Shown: positions 52,149-64,000 of the stretch, one piece after another | How the letters are laid out: the number at the start of each line of letters is the position of its first letter | How positions within the stretch are numbered: position 1 is the first letter of the stretch | Assembly (NCBI RefSeq): GCF_004010195.1 | Contig: NC_057717.1 | Coordinates: 104,817,904 to 104,881,903, forward strand | DNA length: 64,000 bases | Direction of reading: 5' to 3' | Origin: Chiloscyllium plagiosum | Taxonomy: Eukaryota | Program-made: the position numbers and the translations under genes | Notes under the pieces: generated by a model | The model's database searches: none | Told to the model about the DNA's origin: nothing | Seen by the model: only the letters and a program-made list of their open reading frames with translations

Positions 52149-53328
52149 ACATAGAGTCATAGAGATGTACAGCATGGAAACAGACCCTTCAGTCCAACCC
52201 GTCCATGCCGACCAGATATCCCAACCCAATCTAGTCCCACCTGCCAGCACCCGGGCCATATCCCTCCAAACCCTTCCTATTCATATACCCATCCAAATGC
52301 CTCTTAAATGTTGCAATTGTACCAGCCTTCACCACTTCCTCTGGCACCTCATTCCATGCACGTACCACCCTCTGCGTGAAAAAGTTGCCCCTTAGGTCAA
52401 TTTTATATCTTTCCCCTCTCACCCTAAACCTATGCCCTCTAGTTCTGGACTCCCTGACCCCAGGGAAAAGACTTTGCCTATTTATCCTATCCATGCCCCT
52501 CATAATTTTGTAAACCTCTATAAGGTCACTCCTCAGCCTCCGACGCTCCAGGGAAAACAGCCCCAGCCTGTTCAGCCTCTCCCTGTAGCTCAGATCCTCC
52601 AACCCTGGCAACATCCTTGTAAATCTTTTCTGAACCCTTTCAAGTTTCANNNNNNNNNNNNNNNNNNNNNNNNNNNNNNNNNNNNNNNNNNNNNNNNNNN
52701 NNNNNNNNNNNNNNNNNNNNNNNNNNNNNNNNNNNNNNNNNNNNNNNNNNNNNNNNNNNNNNNNNNNNNNNNNNNNNNNNNNNNNNNNNNNNNNNNNNNN
52801 NNNNNNNNNNNNNNNNNNNNNNNNNNNNNNNNNNNNNNNNNNNNNNNNNNNNNNNNNNNNNNNNNNNNNNNNNNNNNNNNNNNNNNNNNNNNNNNNNNNN
52901 NNNNNNNNNNNNNCACCACCCTCTGTCTTCTACCTTTGAGCCAGTTCTGTATCCAAATGGCTAGTTCTCCCTGTATTCCATGAGATCTAACCTTGCTAAT
53001 CAGTCTCCCATGGAGAACCTTGTCGAACGCCTTACTGAAGTCCATATAGATCACATCTACTGCTCTGCCCTCATCAATCGTCTTTGTTACTTCATCAAAA
53101 AACTCAATCAAGTTTGTGAGACATGATTTCCCACGCACAAAGCCATGTTGACTACCCCGAATCAGTCCTTGCCTTTCCAAATACATGTACATCCTGTCCC
53201 TCAGGATTCCCTCCAACAACTTGCCCACCACTGAGGTCAGGCTCACTGGTCTATAGTTCCCTGGCTTGTCCTTACCATCCTTCTCAAACAGTGGCACCAC
53301 GTTTGCCAACCTCCAGTCTTCCGGCACC
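52149..53328 (-). mobile_element. Young 5'-truncated CR1-type LINE containing a gap at 52650-52913
   Basis: Open RT ORF (PEDWRLANVVPLF..GNYRPVSLTS..YMDFSKAFDKV), open C-terminus 52231..52614 and (ACTCTATG)n tail. Confidence 0.92.
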
Positions 53329-54277
53329 ATTGTTAAAACAAGCAATTCAAATTTTATTATTTCAAGGCTAACCATTAAATAATCAGAACAACCAAATATC
53401 CTTCGTAGACCAGTTTTCAAGTTTAATTAAATTTATAACTTTATTTTTAAATTCCTGGAAGATTATTGGTGACAGAGTAAGATGTTCTTACCCAAGGACT
53501 TTGCACTATTGTCACAGAACCACAATGAGATATTCTGTGTGCATGCATGGCAGCATCATCAGATTGCCATTTATGGAAAACAATACAGATATGTTCAATC
53601 CAAAGGGAGCTTGTGGCATTCACCATCAATGTATTAAAATGAATGACAGACCTGCTCCAATTCAAATAACTTTAAAGTGGATACAGGGGTTACCATTCAC
53701 TGAGATTTGAGTGTTCATAATGTTGGTGTTGAGGGTGAAAGCATTGACATTTTCTGTCTGATATTAGACAGTTTTAACTAGTCCTTGTATAGAATAACAT
53801 AAGTCATCCTTTATTTCTGTTGTGTGTAAATTGTGTGTAGGTAGATTAATGAATCGTGAACAGAGTTTCAAATTGAGGGTGTCAAGGTCTTTGGTTATTT
53901 AGAAGGGCGGTGAAGTTCAGCTCTTTAATTACCAGGAATTACAGCAGATTTTAATTGTTCTATGTTTTTTCCTGGGTAACTATTCAGGTAAATGAGTTGG
54001 AAACTTTTGTCTCCCTCTGGGTTGTAGACATTTTCAGAGAGTTGCAGATACAGGATAATTGTCCAGCAAATTTCCCAGGTAATTCCTATAGAGTCAGTGT
54101 GTTGGGATCTCCAAGGGGTCCTGGTACATTTTTCAGGATACATGCTATAAAAATAATCTTCCAACCCAGAAAATCCGGAACAGAGAATATCAAGAAACTG
54201 TGTACACTCCAGTATATGTGACCACCAATATTATCAGCCAAATATTAAACTGACAGAATGGCAAACTGGAAAACTTA

Positions 54278-54466
<189 letters not shown>

Positions 54467-54823
54467 TCAGAAAGTGTTTCCAGTTGAGCCTTTTTTGAGA
54501 TGTTGATCTGATTCAGAATACTCATCAATGGTCATACCCAAAGCAATGATCTAACTTTCTTTCAATCTTTACTCAGAGATAGAATAGAAAGGAGGAAGAG
54601 TGAGGCCTTCACTATCCAATGCATGCTGTTGGAAAGACACATATCTGGATGTTAGCCTAAGGAAGAATCATACTTTTCTGACATATCTCCACAATAAGTG
54701 ATGACTGCCATAATTGTGAACATGTTTATGAAGGTTTACTTCACTGGTCTTTCATTTTGAGCACTTACATTTTGACTGAAAATATCAACCAGAAAAAAAA
54801 TCATCAGCATGTTTAAAATGTTT

Positions 54824-55136
54824 GTGGGCGGCACGGTGGCACAGTGGTTAGCACTGCTGCCTCACAGCGCCAGAGACCCGGGTTCAATTCCCGACTCAGG
54901 CGACTGACTGTGTGGAGTTTGCACGTTCTCCCCGTGTCTGCGTGGGTTTCCTCCGGGTGCTCCAGTTTCCTCCCACAGTCCAAAGATGTGCAGGTCAGGT
55001 GAATTGGCCATGCTAAATTGCCCGTAGTGTTAGGTAAGGGGTAAATGTAGGGGTATGGGTGGGTTGCACTTCGGCGGGGCGGTGTGGACTTGTTGGGCTG
55101 AAGGGCCTGTTTCCACACTGTAAGTAATCTAATCTT
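54824..55136 (+). mobile_element. HE1-type SINE (young)
   Basis: Intact A and B boxes; taatctaatc tail. Confidence 0.88.
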
Positions 55137-55518
55137 AAAAAAAAATATTGTTACCAATTCTTCTTTTGATCATCACATTCAAAGCCCACTGCAGAGTCAA
55201 TCTTCATGAGTGAGCTTCACTACTCTTCAACAAACTAACTGATCAGTTCAGGAACTAACCTTTTTTATAAAATTAGTCTGACATTCCCATCTTCCTCCCC
55301 TGAACATGCTGCCACAACCTTAACTATAACTTCCAAGCCTCATCAGGTCCACCAACTCATTCTCTGAGAGTCCATATGGCAAGATCAGTTAAATGAGCAC
55401 AAAGCAGTCTTTGGAATTCAGGTTTTTCCTAGTCTATGCCTCAGATACACAATGTGCAGTGCATTGACCAACTGAGACATTACAGGGAATTCTAAGAATA
55501 AACCTTTCAAAGAAATCA

Positions 55519-55674
<156 letters not shown>

Positions 55675-55744
55675 TTAATAATTTAACCAAAGGCAATGGA
55701 GCAGGATTACAGCAAGACAAGTGTACATAGGCTAAACAAAAAAA

Positions 55745-55935
55745 AACAAAGAAGTGCAGATGCTGGAAATCAGGAACAAAAACAAACATTGCTGGAGAAA
55801 CTCAGCAGGTCTCGCAGCATCTGTGAAGAGGCAATTTTTTGGGGTCCAGTTCTGAAGAAGTTCACTGGACCTGAAACATTGACTTTGCTCTTTCTCCACA
55901 GATGCTGGCAGATGTGCTGAGTTTCTTCAGCAATT
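55745..55935. mobile_element. Older palindromic PLE-like short element related to family A
   Basis: Inverted arms (gctggagaaactcagcaggtct..gcagcatctg / cagatgctg..tgctgagtttcttcagca); decayed core ctgaagaag..tgaaacatt; relatives near 41350-41460, 46320-46430 and 46670-46750. Confidence 0.6.
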
Positions 55936-56929
55936 TTTCCTCTTGTTTTACACAGTTTTACATAGACTGTTTCCATTAAAAATAGGTATGAAGAAATTTG
56001 TACATGAAGATTGCAGCATTCTTTAATAAAAATAAGCTGTGCTGTTATACAATGCCTAAAAGTTTTTTTAAATGACATGTAGGATATACTATTCTACTAT
56101 AAATTATAACATTTAAATCCACTATAATTATAAAGTTCTACGATAATAATAGAGATCTTTTTCTGCTATAATACATTCCTACATGATTTTCTTAGGCAAA
56201 TTGAATACAATTATAGCCCATAGTTGAGTTTTCCAATTGTCAGACAGCAGCCCACCTCATTAAAATAACCTGGTCTGAGTGACCTAAATCTTTTCAAATG
56301 GCCTAATATCAAGAGGCCTGAAAACTCAACAGGAATTTTCTTTTTTCATTCACTCATGGAATGTGGACATTGCTGGCTGTGCGAGTATTTATTGTCTACC
56401 CTTATTTGCCCTTTAGTGAGTGATTTTCTAGGCCAATTCAGAGGGCAGTTCAGAGTCAACTACATTTCAGTGGCTCTGGATTCAGATTAGGTAAGGACAG
56501 ACATTTCTTCCTCTAAAGGAACCAGATGGGTTTTTATGACAATAAACAATGAAACCAATCATTAAATAATTGACTTTTAATTTCAGATTTTTATTCAATT
56601 CAAATTCCACCATTTGTTGTACTGGGATTTAAACCCAGGACTCCAGAACATTACCTGGAACTCTGGATTATTGGTCAAGTGGCAATATCGCTTCAGCCAT
56701 TGCCTCCCCTTTACTAATGACAAAACATAAACTTCTGTTTAATTATAGAGAGCACAATAAATAGCCATGAAAATGGGACTGTGTTTTGAGGCCCTAATTC
56801 TGAAGTAGACATAGACAATATTGTAGATGAAATCCTATCACTTTTTAAATCTACCTATACATAGCACAGTCCAGCCTATGTACAAACATTGCTGATTTAC
56901 AATACGTATGAATATTCTGAGGCACTCAC

Positions 56930-57139
56930 AGAGGAAGTCAGAGAGCCAACCTGGCTGCTTGTAGTGTACAATTGCAACACACAATGTGTTGAGTGCTACC
57001 AGACTAAGGACAGTCCAGTAAAAGGCCTGAGTTTTCACTACCCGTCGGACGAAGAAGCGAAACCGTCTTTCCTTCTTGCGGAAAAATGAAGATCCCTCAA
57101 GTTTGGCACTTTTAATACTTGCTCTTGTAAAAGGAGATC
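56930..57139 (-). CDS. CACNA1A: CACNA1A exon 11-equivalent (210 nt): [70 protein letters not shown] (IIS1)
   Basis: cag acceptor and gtgagt donor; contained in ORF 56838..57185. Confidence 0.96.
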
Positions 57140-58394
57140 CTGTTCCAGGAGAAGACAACAGACAGTCAATTAATAAAAAGATCATATTAGAGTATTGATC
57201 AAAATGTCTGATGCTCCTTTTTCTTCTCCTCTCCTGTCCTGAAGCTGATGCACTACAGTTTGGTTAGAACCGGTCACTATTCAATATCCAATGTAAATAT
57301 ATAGCCTATTCAACCATAGGACAATCACAATCAAGTTGAATTCTCCCCTCAAGTCAAATCCACAAACTTTGTACATTCTTGTAGCAATCAAGAACAATAA
57401 TTCTGAATGAATTTCCAGTCTTCCTTAGCACAGATAACCAGAAGTCAATTGCAACACTGAGATCAATGCATCAACAGCGACCAATTGTGGAACCTCTGCT
57501 CTTCGAGTAAATAAATAACATACCAGATGGCATACTTAACCCGCCAAATCATTCAGGAAGCTCAAACCATGATGAAAAGTAATGATGAAGTCAGAAAAAT
57601 GTTTGACATAAATGAACATTTGTATATTTCAAAGAGCATTAGTTACTGTTTCATTGTGTCACTTTATACATTAGTGGAGATGAGATTGGCAGTTTAGTAA
57701 ATCCTTTTTTTGAAACACTTAAAACTATTCAGAAGGTTTAATGATAGTGAAAAAATACAGAGTAGCAATTTTCTACTTCCATCGTCAATTTTTAACATCT
57801 AGTACTTTCATGGACTGATTCCAAAAAGGAAAGAATGCTGATTTTAAAAATGGCCACAGCATGAGCCAGGTTTCATGAAACCAACAGTAGATGAAGTGAA
57901 ATTACCACTTTTATCAAAAGAGACTGAAACCAGTCAGGCATCAAGAAACCTACACCTTCTGTTCGATTCACACTTTCATGACAAGTTTATTCATAGGAGA
58001 TGAAAATCATCACCTATAATTATCTAGCTCAGAGGCAGTAAATACTTAGAAACACATGAATGAGCTATATTTAAAGTAACTGATTTGGCAGAGATGGATT
58101 TGTGACTGAAACTTGAGAAGGTTCTCTCTCTGCTTTCTATGGAAAGACAAAGCAACAGATAACAAAAAAAATTGGAGGAAATTCTGAATGCCTAGGACTT
58201 AAAGATACTTGCAATATTCATGGCTACTGATCCAGAAAATTTCTAACCAACTGATATTGTTCGTTAAAATCTAATACCTCAAGAACACCCCTAGGACTTC
58301 AATACTGCATATTCTTTCATCTTACTTTTGTGCTGTCACAGTCACCTTATAGCTCGGTATGTGTGTCTGTATGCATGTTTGTTGTGCCTTTATT

Positions 58395-58805
58395 ACGGTC
58401 CAACCCATCCATCCCGACAAGATATCCTAACCTAATCTAGTCCCATTTGCCAGCACTTGTCCCATATCCCTCTAAACCCTTCCTATTCATATACCTACCC
58501 AGATGCCTTTTAAATGTGGTATTTGTATTAGCCTCCACCACTTCCTCTTTCTGTAGCTCAAATCTTCCAACCCTGGCAACATTCTTGTAAATCTTTTTTG
58601 AGCCCTTTCAAGTTTCACAGCATCCTTCTGATAGAAGGGAGACTAGAATTGCAGACAATATTCCAAAAGTTGCCTAACTAATGTCCTGTACAGCTGCAAC
58701 ATGACCTCTCAACTCCTATACTCAATGCTCTGACCAGTAAAGGAAAGCATACCAAATGCCTTCTTCACTTTCTGTTTCTGTGCTGTACATCTCTATAACT
58801 CTATG
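58395..58805 (-). mobile_element. CR1 LINE 3' fragment with an internal deletion
   Basis: Similar to 52150-52650. Confidence 0.8.
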
Positions 58806-59554
58806 ACAAGAAATAAAGTTGCACTTCAATTCACTCAAAAACACCTTGTAACTGGTACTTTTTTGTTTTCTAGTAAACTACACAATTAAATTTTAATAGT
58901 TTGGAGGTGCCGGTGTTGGACTGGGATGTACTAAATTAAAAATCACACAACACCAGGTTATAGTCCAACAGGTTTATTTGGAAGCGCTAGCTTTTGGACT
59001 GCTGCTCCATCATCCATCTGATTTTTAAAAATTTTAATGGGAGTGAGCTTTTGTTTTATGCGAAAAAGAATTTACTGTAAATCCTCAGTATCCATGAGTT
59101 CATGACTCGTGAATTCAACAATCCACACCAAAACGTAAGTAGCAACAAAATTCAACATCTGTGGCAAAGCTCATGTGTCAGTGATATTTAACATGTTTTC
59201 AATCTTTTAAAGGGCTCCACACTTGTGAATTTCATCATTTGCTGGGTTCTCAGAAACAGAACCCTTGCTGTAAATTACTATAAAACATTTTTATCGTAGC
59301 CAACCAACGGGGTTGAAAAGAGGAAAGCTGATTCACTTTGCACCTGGTTCTAATGGAAGGATCAGATAGTTAGAAAATGAAACGCTTATAATTTAATCAA
59401 TTACACTCCAATACTTCACCTGTTCTCCATGTCTGAATCTGAAAGTAACAGTCATGACAGCAGGAAGATAACTTAAATTCCTCTATTTCTTCTATGAATG
59501 ACATCAGCCCAACTAGATACGAACCTAGAATTGAATACGTTAATTGGTCGCTAT

Positions 59555-62500
59555 TTTTTAATTGCTTGTGGGATATGGGTGTCACTAGCTGAGCCAGCAT
59601 CTCCTGCCCTTTATTAGTTGGCCTTGAGAAGGTGAGGGTGAGTCATCTTCTTGAACCATTGCAACCCATTTGATGTAGGCAGGCCCACAAAGGAAGTTCT
59701 AGGATTTTGACCCAGCTGCACTGAAAGAACAGCAATATTTTTCCAAATCAGGATGCTGTGTGGACTGGAGGGGAACTTGCAGATGCTGGTCTTACCATGT
59801 ATCTGCTTCCCATGTCCTTCTAGATAGTAGAAGTAGTGGGTTTGGAATGTGCTGTTTAAGGATCCTTGGTGAATTTCCCTTGTGCATCTTGTAGACAGTA
59901 CATAATGCTGTTTCTGAGTCTCAATAGTGGAGAGACTGCGTGCTTGTAGATGTGATGCCAATCAAACATACTACTTTGACATGGAAGGTGTCAAGCTTCT
60001 TGAGTGTTATGGAGCTGTATTCATCTCAGCAACTGGGGAGTATTATCACACTTCTAATTTGTGCCTTGTAGATGCAGATAGGCTTTGTTGAGTCAGGAGA
60101 TGTGTCACTCACTGCAAGGTTCTTAGTCACTGACCTGTTCTTGTAGCCATAGTATTTATTTGACCATTCCTGAAGAAAGGCTTATGCCCGAAACGTCGAT
60201 TCTCCTGTTCCCTGGATGCTGCCTGACCTGCTGCGCTTTTCCAGCAACACATTTTCAGCTATTTATTTGACTAGTTCTGTTCAGTTTCTGGGCTGCAGGA
60301 TGTTGACAGTTGGGGTTTCAGTGAAGGTCATGCCATTGAATGTCAAGAAATGATGGTTAGATTTCTTGTTGGAGATAGTTATTTCCATGCTACTATGTAG
60401 CATGAGTGCCACTAGTCAGCTTGTCCAAGTATTGCTGCATTTGGACATGGACTGATTCAGTAGCTCAGGAATCATGAATAGTGAACATTGTGCAGTCATC
60501 AGAAAACATCCCACTTTTGACCTTACAATTGAGAGAAGTAATTGATGATACAGCTGAAGATATTTGGACCTTGGAACCTACCCTGAAAAAACCCTGGCAG
60601 TGATGCCCTGGATCTGAGATGACTGATGTCCAGCAACTACAACCATCCTCCTTTGTGCTAAGTATGATTCCAACCAATAGAGTTTCCCCCCTGATTCCAG
60701 TTGGCTCTAGTTTCACTGAGGCTGCTTGATGCACACTTGCTTAAATATGAACTTGATGTCAAGATCAACCACTCACACCTCATCTCTGGAGTTTTTGAGA
60801 ATACGTCATCAGTATTATTGGTGGAATGTTGTCAAGGCCCATAGCCTTTATGGTATCCATTGCCTTTAGCAACTTATTGATGTCATGTGGAATGAACTAA
60901 ATTGCCTGAAAATTGACATCTGTGATGCTGGGAATCTCTGGTGAAGGCCAAGGTAGATCATCCATTCTTATTTTCTGGATGGAGACTATTGCAAATGTTT
61001 CAGCTTTATCTTTTGCACTAATGTGCTACTTTCACTATTTTTGAAGTTGGGGATGATGTGCATTCCCCACTGAATTCTTTGATTGTCCACATCATTCACA
61101 ATTGGATGTGGCAGATTTGTGGTGCTTAAATCTGATCTGTTCATTGTGGAATCACTTAGCTCTTAGATTCAAAGGTGGACACTACATCATTTGATACGCC
61201 GGGTGCTTCTCCTGGCATGCACTTCTACACTTTTCTTTGAACAGGGCCAATCTCCCGAATTAATGGTCATGGTAGAGTGGGCAATATGCCAGGCCATGAG
61301 GTTATAAGTTGTGTTAGAGTAGAATTCTGCTGCTGCTATTGGCCTACAGCAGCTCATGGATGTCCAGTCTTGAGTTGCTAGATTGTTTGAAATCAATCCC
61401 ATTTAGTACAGTGATAGTGCCACACAACAATGTTTGAGAGTATCTGCAATGTGAAGATGGAACTTTGTTTTCACAAGGATTGCATGGTTGTACTGTCATG
61501 GACAGATACATTTGCAGCAGGAAGACTCGTGAGGATGACATGAAGCTTGTTTTCCTCTCACCACCTGCTGTAGGCCCAAACTAGCAGCTAAGTTCTTTAG
61601 GACTCAACCAGCTCAGTCAGTGCCAACACTCTTAGTGATGGACACTGAAGTCCCACACCTAGAATATGTTCTGTGTCCTAGCTATCCTAAGTGCGTCCTT
61701 AAAGTGGTGTTCAATGTGGAGGAGCACTGATTCATCAGCTGAAAGAATTAATTGATTAGGGGTTGGGAGGGATGGGGTGTCGGGGTGGTAGGTGAGGTAA
61801 TCAGCAGGGTCCTTTTTTGCTCATGATTTACCTGATACGATGAAACTTCATGGTGTCCAGAATCAATTTTGAGGATTCCAGGTGGAAGTGAGGACTACAG
61901 ATGCTGCAGATTAGAATCAAGAGTGCGATGCTGGAAAAGCACAGCAGGTCAGGCAGCATCCGAGGAGCAGGAGAATTGAGGATTCCAGGGCAAGTCCCTC
62001 TCAATTGTATATCACTGTGGTGCTTCTCTGTTAGGTCTTTCATGCCAGTGGGACGGGAAATGCCAAGGGATGGTGATGGTACTATCTGGGACATTGCATG
62101 TAGTGTAAGATTCCATGTGTATGACTATGTCAGTCTGCTGATTGACTAGTCTGTGAAATAGCTCTTCTAATTTTGGCACTCGCCTCCAGATGTTGGTAAG
62201 AAGGACTTTGCAGAGTTGAAAGGGCTGATTTTTGATAATATTGTTGCTGCTGCTTCTTAGAATGGCAAATAGTCCATCTGATTTCATTCCTTTTTTGAGG
62301 CTTTTTAGTGGTTGATAAATAGCTTGCTAAGTCATTTCAGAAGACAGCTGAGAGTCTGGAGTCACGTATAGGCCAGACAAGGTTATAGATGGCTGTTTTC
62401 CTTCCCAAAAAGGACATTAGTGAACCAGATGGATTTTTACAATAATTGGCAAAACTTTCACAGTCATCATTTGATTTCTAATTCCCAATTTTTATCAAAT

Positions 62501-62610
62501 TCAATTTTTGACCATCTGCTTTGATGGGTTTTGAACCAATGTCCCCAGAACATTTCAAATGTCTCTGATTACTAGTCCAGCAAAAATACCACGATACCAG
62601 TGCATCCCCA
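59555..62610 (-). mobile_element. Long, heavily decayed LINE region (CR1/L2-like) with nested family A insertions at 60165-60259 and 61883-61975
   Basis: Residual KL..GIRG and F.DDCT RT-like motifs. TSDs are tatttatttgac (60153-60164 / 60260-60271) and ttgaggattccagg (61869-61882 / 61976-61989). Confidence 0.6.
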
Positions 62611-62721
62611 GTCCACTTAATTCTACATTGCATTTGGGAAACTCCAAAGTTTTTTTTTTACAGTGTCTCTCAATTTTTAGTTTAATTTAGCGCTGACAGC
62701 AGTACTATGTAAAATACTCAC

Positions 62722-62811
62722 CAACAGAAGAAATGTCTGCCAGATGATCTTCACCCTCTTCGGGATTCAGTAAATCAGTTTTACTCTTTTTTATTGTTCC
62801 TCTTCTCATAG
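62722..62811 (-). CDS. CACNA1A: CACNA1A exon 10-equivalent (90 nt), I-II linker: (A)[29 protein letters not shown](G)
   Basis: ttctttccag acceptor and gtgagt donor; phase 1-1; translation matches the Cav2.1 I-II linker. Confidence 0.95.
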
Positions 62812-63304
62812 CTGGAAAGAACAGATTGGAAAAGTGAAGAGAAATAAAATGGATGAGATAGAATAGAGAGGCTTAGTTCTTCCTAACAAAAGCCCAATCT
62901 TAAAAGAAGGAAATAAGCTGTTTAAAATAATGAGTATCAAATTTTCATTATGGGATATTTTTGTAAAGTTTGCATGACACTAGTAACTCATATGAACACT
63001 GATAGGTCTCACAGCATGTACTGAAGACTGTTCATTAGCACACTCCCAGTGAAAACTGACACACTCTCAGAACTCACTGTATATATTGATGCATTGTCAG
63101 GATATTCCTGAAATTACTGGTGTAATCCCAGATGCTCACTGCAAATACTGCCACTTCCAGAATTTCTGCAAATTACTAGCACTCTCCCAGAAAGCACCTG
63201 GGTATTACAGCTCAGTATTGGGAATTAAGTAAATATTAACAAACTCCTAAGGACACCCAGTTCTAACCCCAACCTAAGTTTGTATTCTGTATGGATTGTG
63301 TGTT

Positions 63305-64000
63305 TCATAAAGTCATATAACATAGAAACAGACCCTTTGGTCCAACTCATCCATGTAGATCATGTTTCTTAAACTAAACTAGTCCCACTTGCCTGCATTT
63401 ACCCCCTATCCCTCTAAATCCTTCCAATTCATGGACCTGTCTAAATGTCTTTTAAATATTGTAATTGTACCTGCATCTACCTTTTCCCTTGGCAGTTCAT
63501 TCATTTCACATACCAACCACTCTGTGTGTGAAAAAGTAAATCCTCAGATCCCTTTTAAATTTTTCTCCTCTCACTCTAAAAATATGCCCCTAGTTTTGAA
63601 CTCACCCCCCCCCCCCCAAGGGAAAAGGTCTTTGCTATTCACCCTATCCATGCCCCTCATGATTTAAAAAACCTCTATAATATCACCTCTCAACCTCCTA
63701 CATTCCAGTGAAAAATGTCCAACCTACCCTTATAACTCAAACCTTCTGGTCCTGACAACATCCTGGTATATCTTTTCTGAACTGTATAGCCTTCCTATAG
63801 CAGGCCGAAGAGAACTATATATGGTACTCCAAACATGGCTTCACCAATGTCCTGCATAACATCAACATGATGAGCCAACTCCTATACTCAGTGGTCTAAT
63901 CAATGCAGGCAAGCATACTAAACATCTTCTTCATCATCCTGTCTATCTGTGACGCAAGTTTCAAAGAACGATGTACCTGAAGCCCTCTCTATTTGACAAA
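63305..64000 (-). mobile_element. CR1 LINE 3' fragment
   Basis: Similar to 52150-52650; runs off the window end. Confidence 0.8.

Overview
Eukaryotic, AT-rich vertebrate genomic DNA. It is most likely a shark or other elasmobranch, inferred from HE1-type tRNA-derived SINEs and abundant CR1 and Penelope repeats. The whole window lies inside one minus-strand gene, the P/Q-type voltage-gated calcium channel alpha-1 subunit CACNA1A (Cav2.1). I reconstructed 14 consecutive coding exons by hand, equivalent to human exons 10-23 (2720 nt, phases compatible, no stops). They encode the end of the I-II linker, all of domain II, the long II-III (synprint) loop and IIIS1-S2. The supplied ORF track misses or mis-frames most of them. 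The intron after exon 16 has a U12 (minor spliceosome) GTATCCTT donor. Introns are filled with CR1 LINE fragments, HE1 SINEs, Penelope-like element (PLE) pieces and three N gaps. The most striking unannotated signal is a set of minimal type I hammerhead-ribozyme motifs (CTGAnGA-stem II-GAAA-palindrome-UH). At least three or four short PLE-derived repeat families carry them. These repeats often insert as head-to-head palindromes with 10-17 bp target-site duplications, and several intact-looking cores lie on the pre-mRNA strand. Other points are an x-N-P repeat expansion in exon 20 and speculative cassette or microexon candidates in intron 18.
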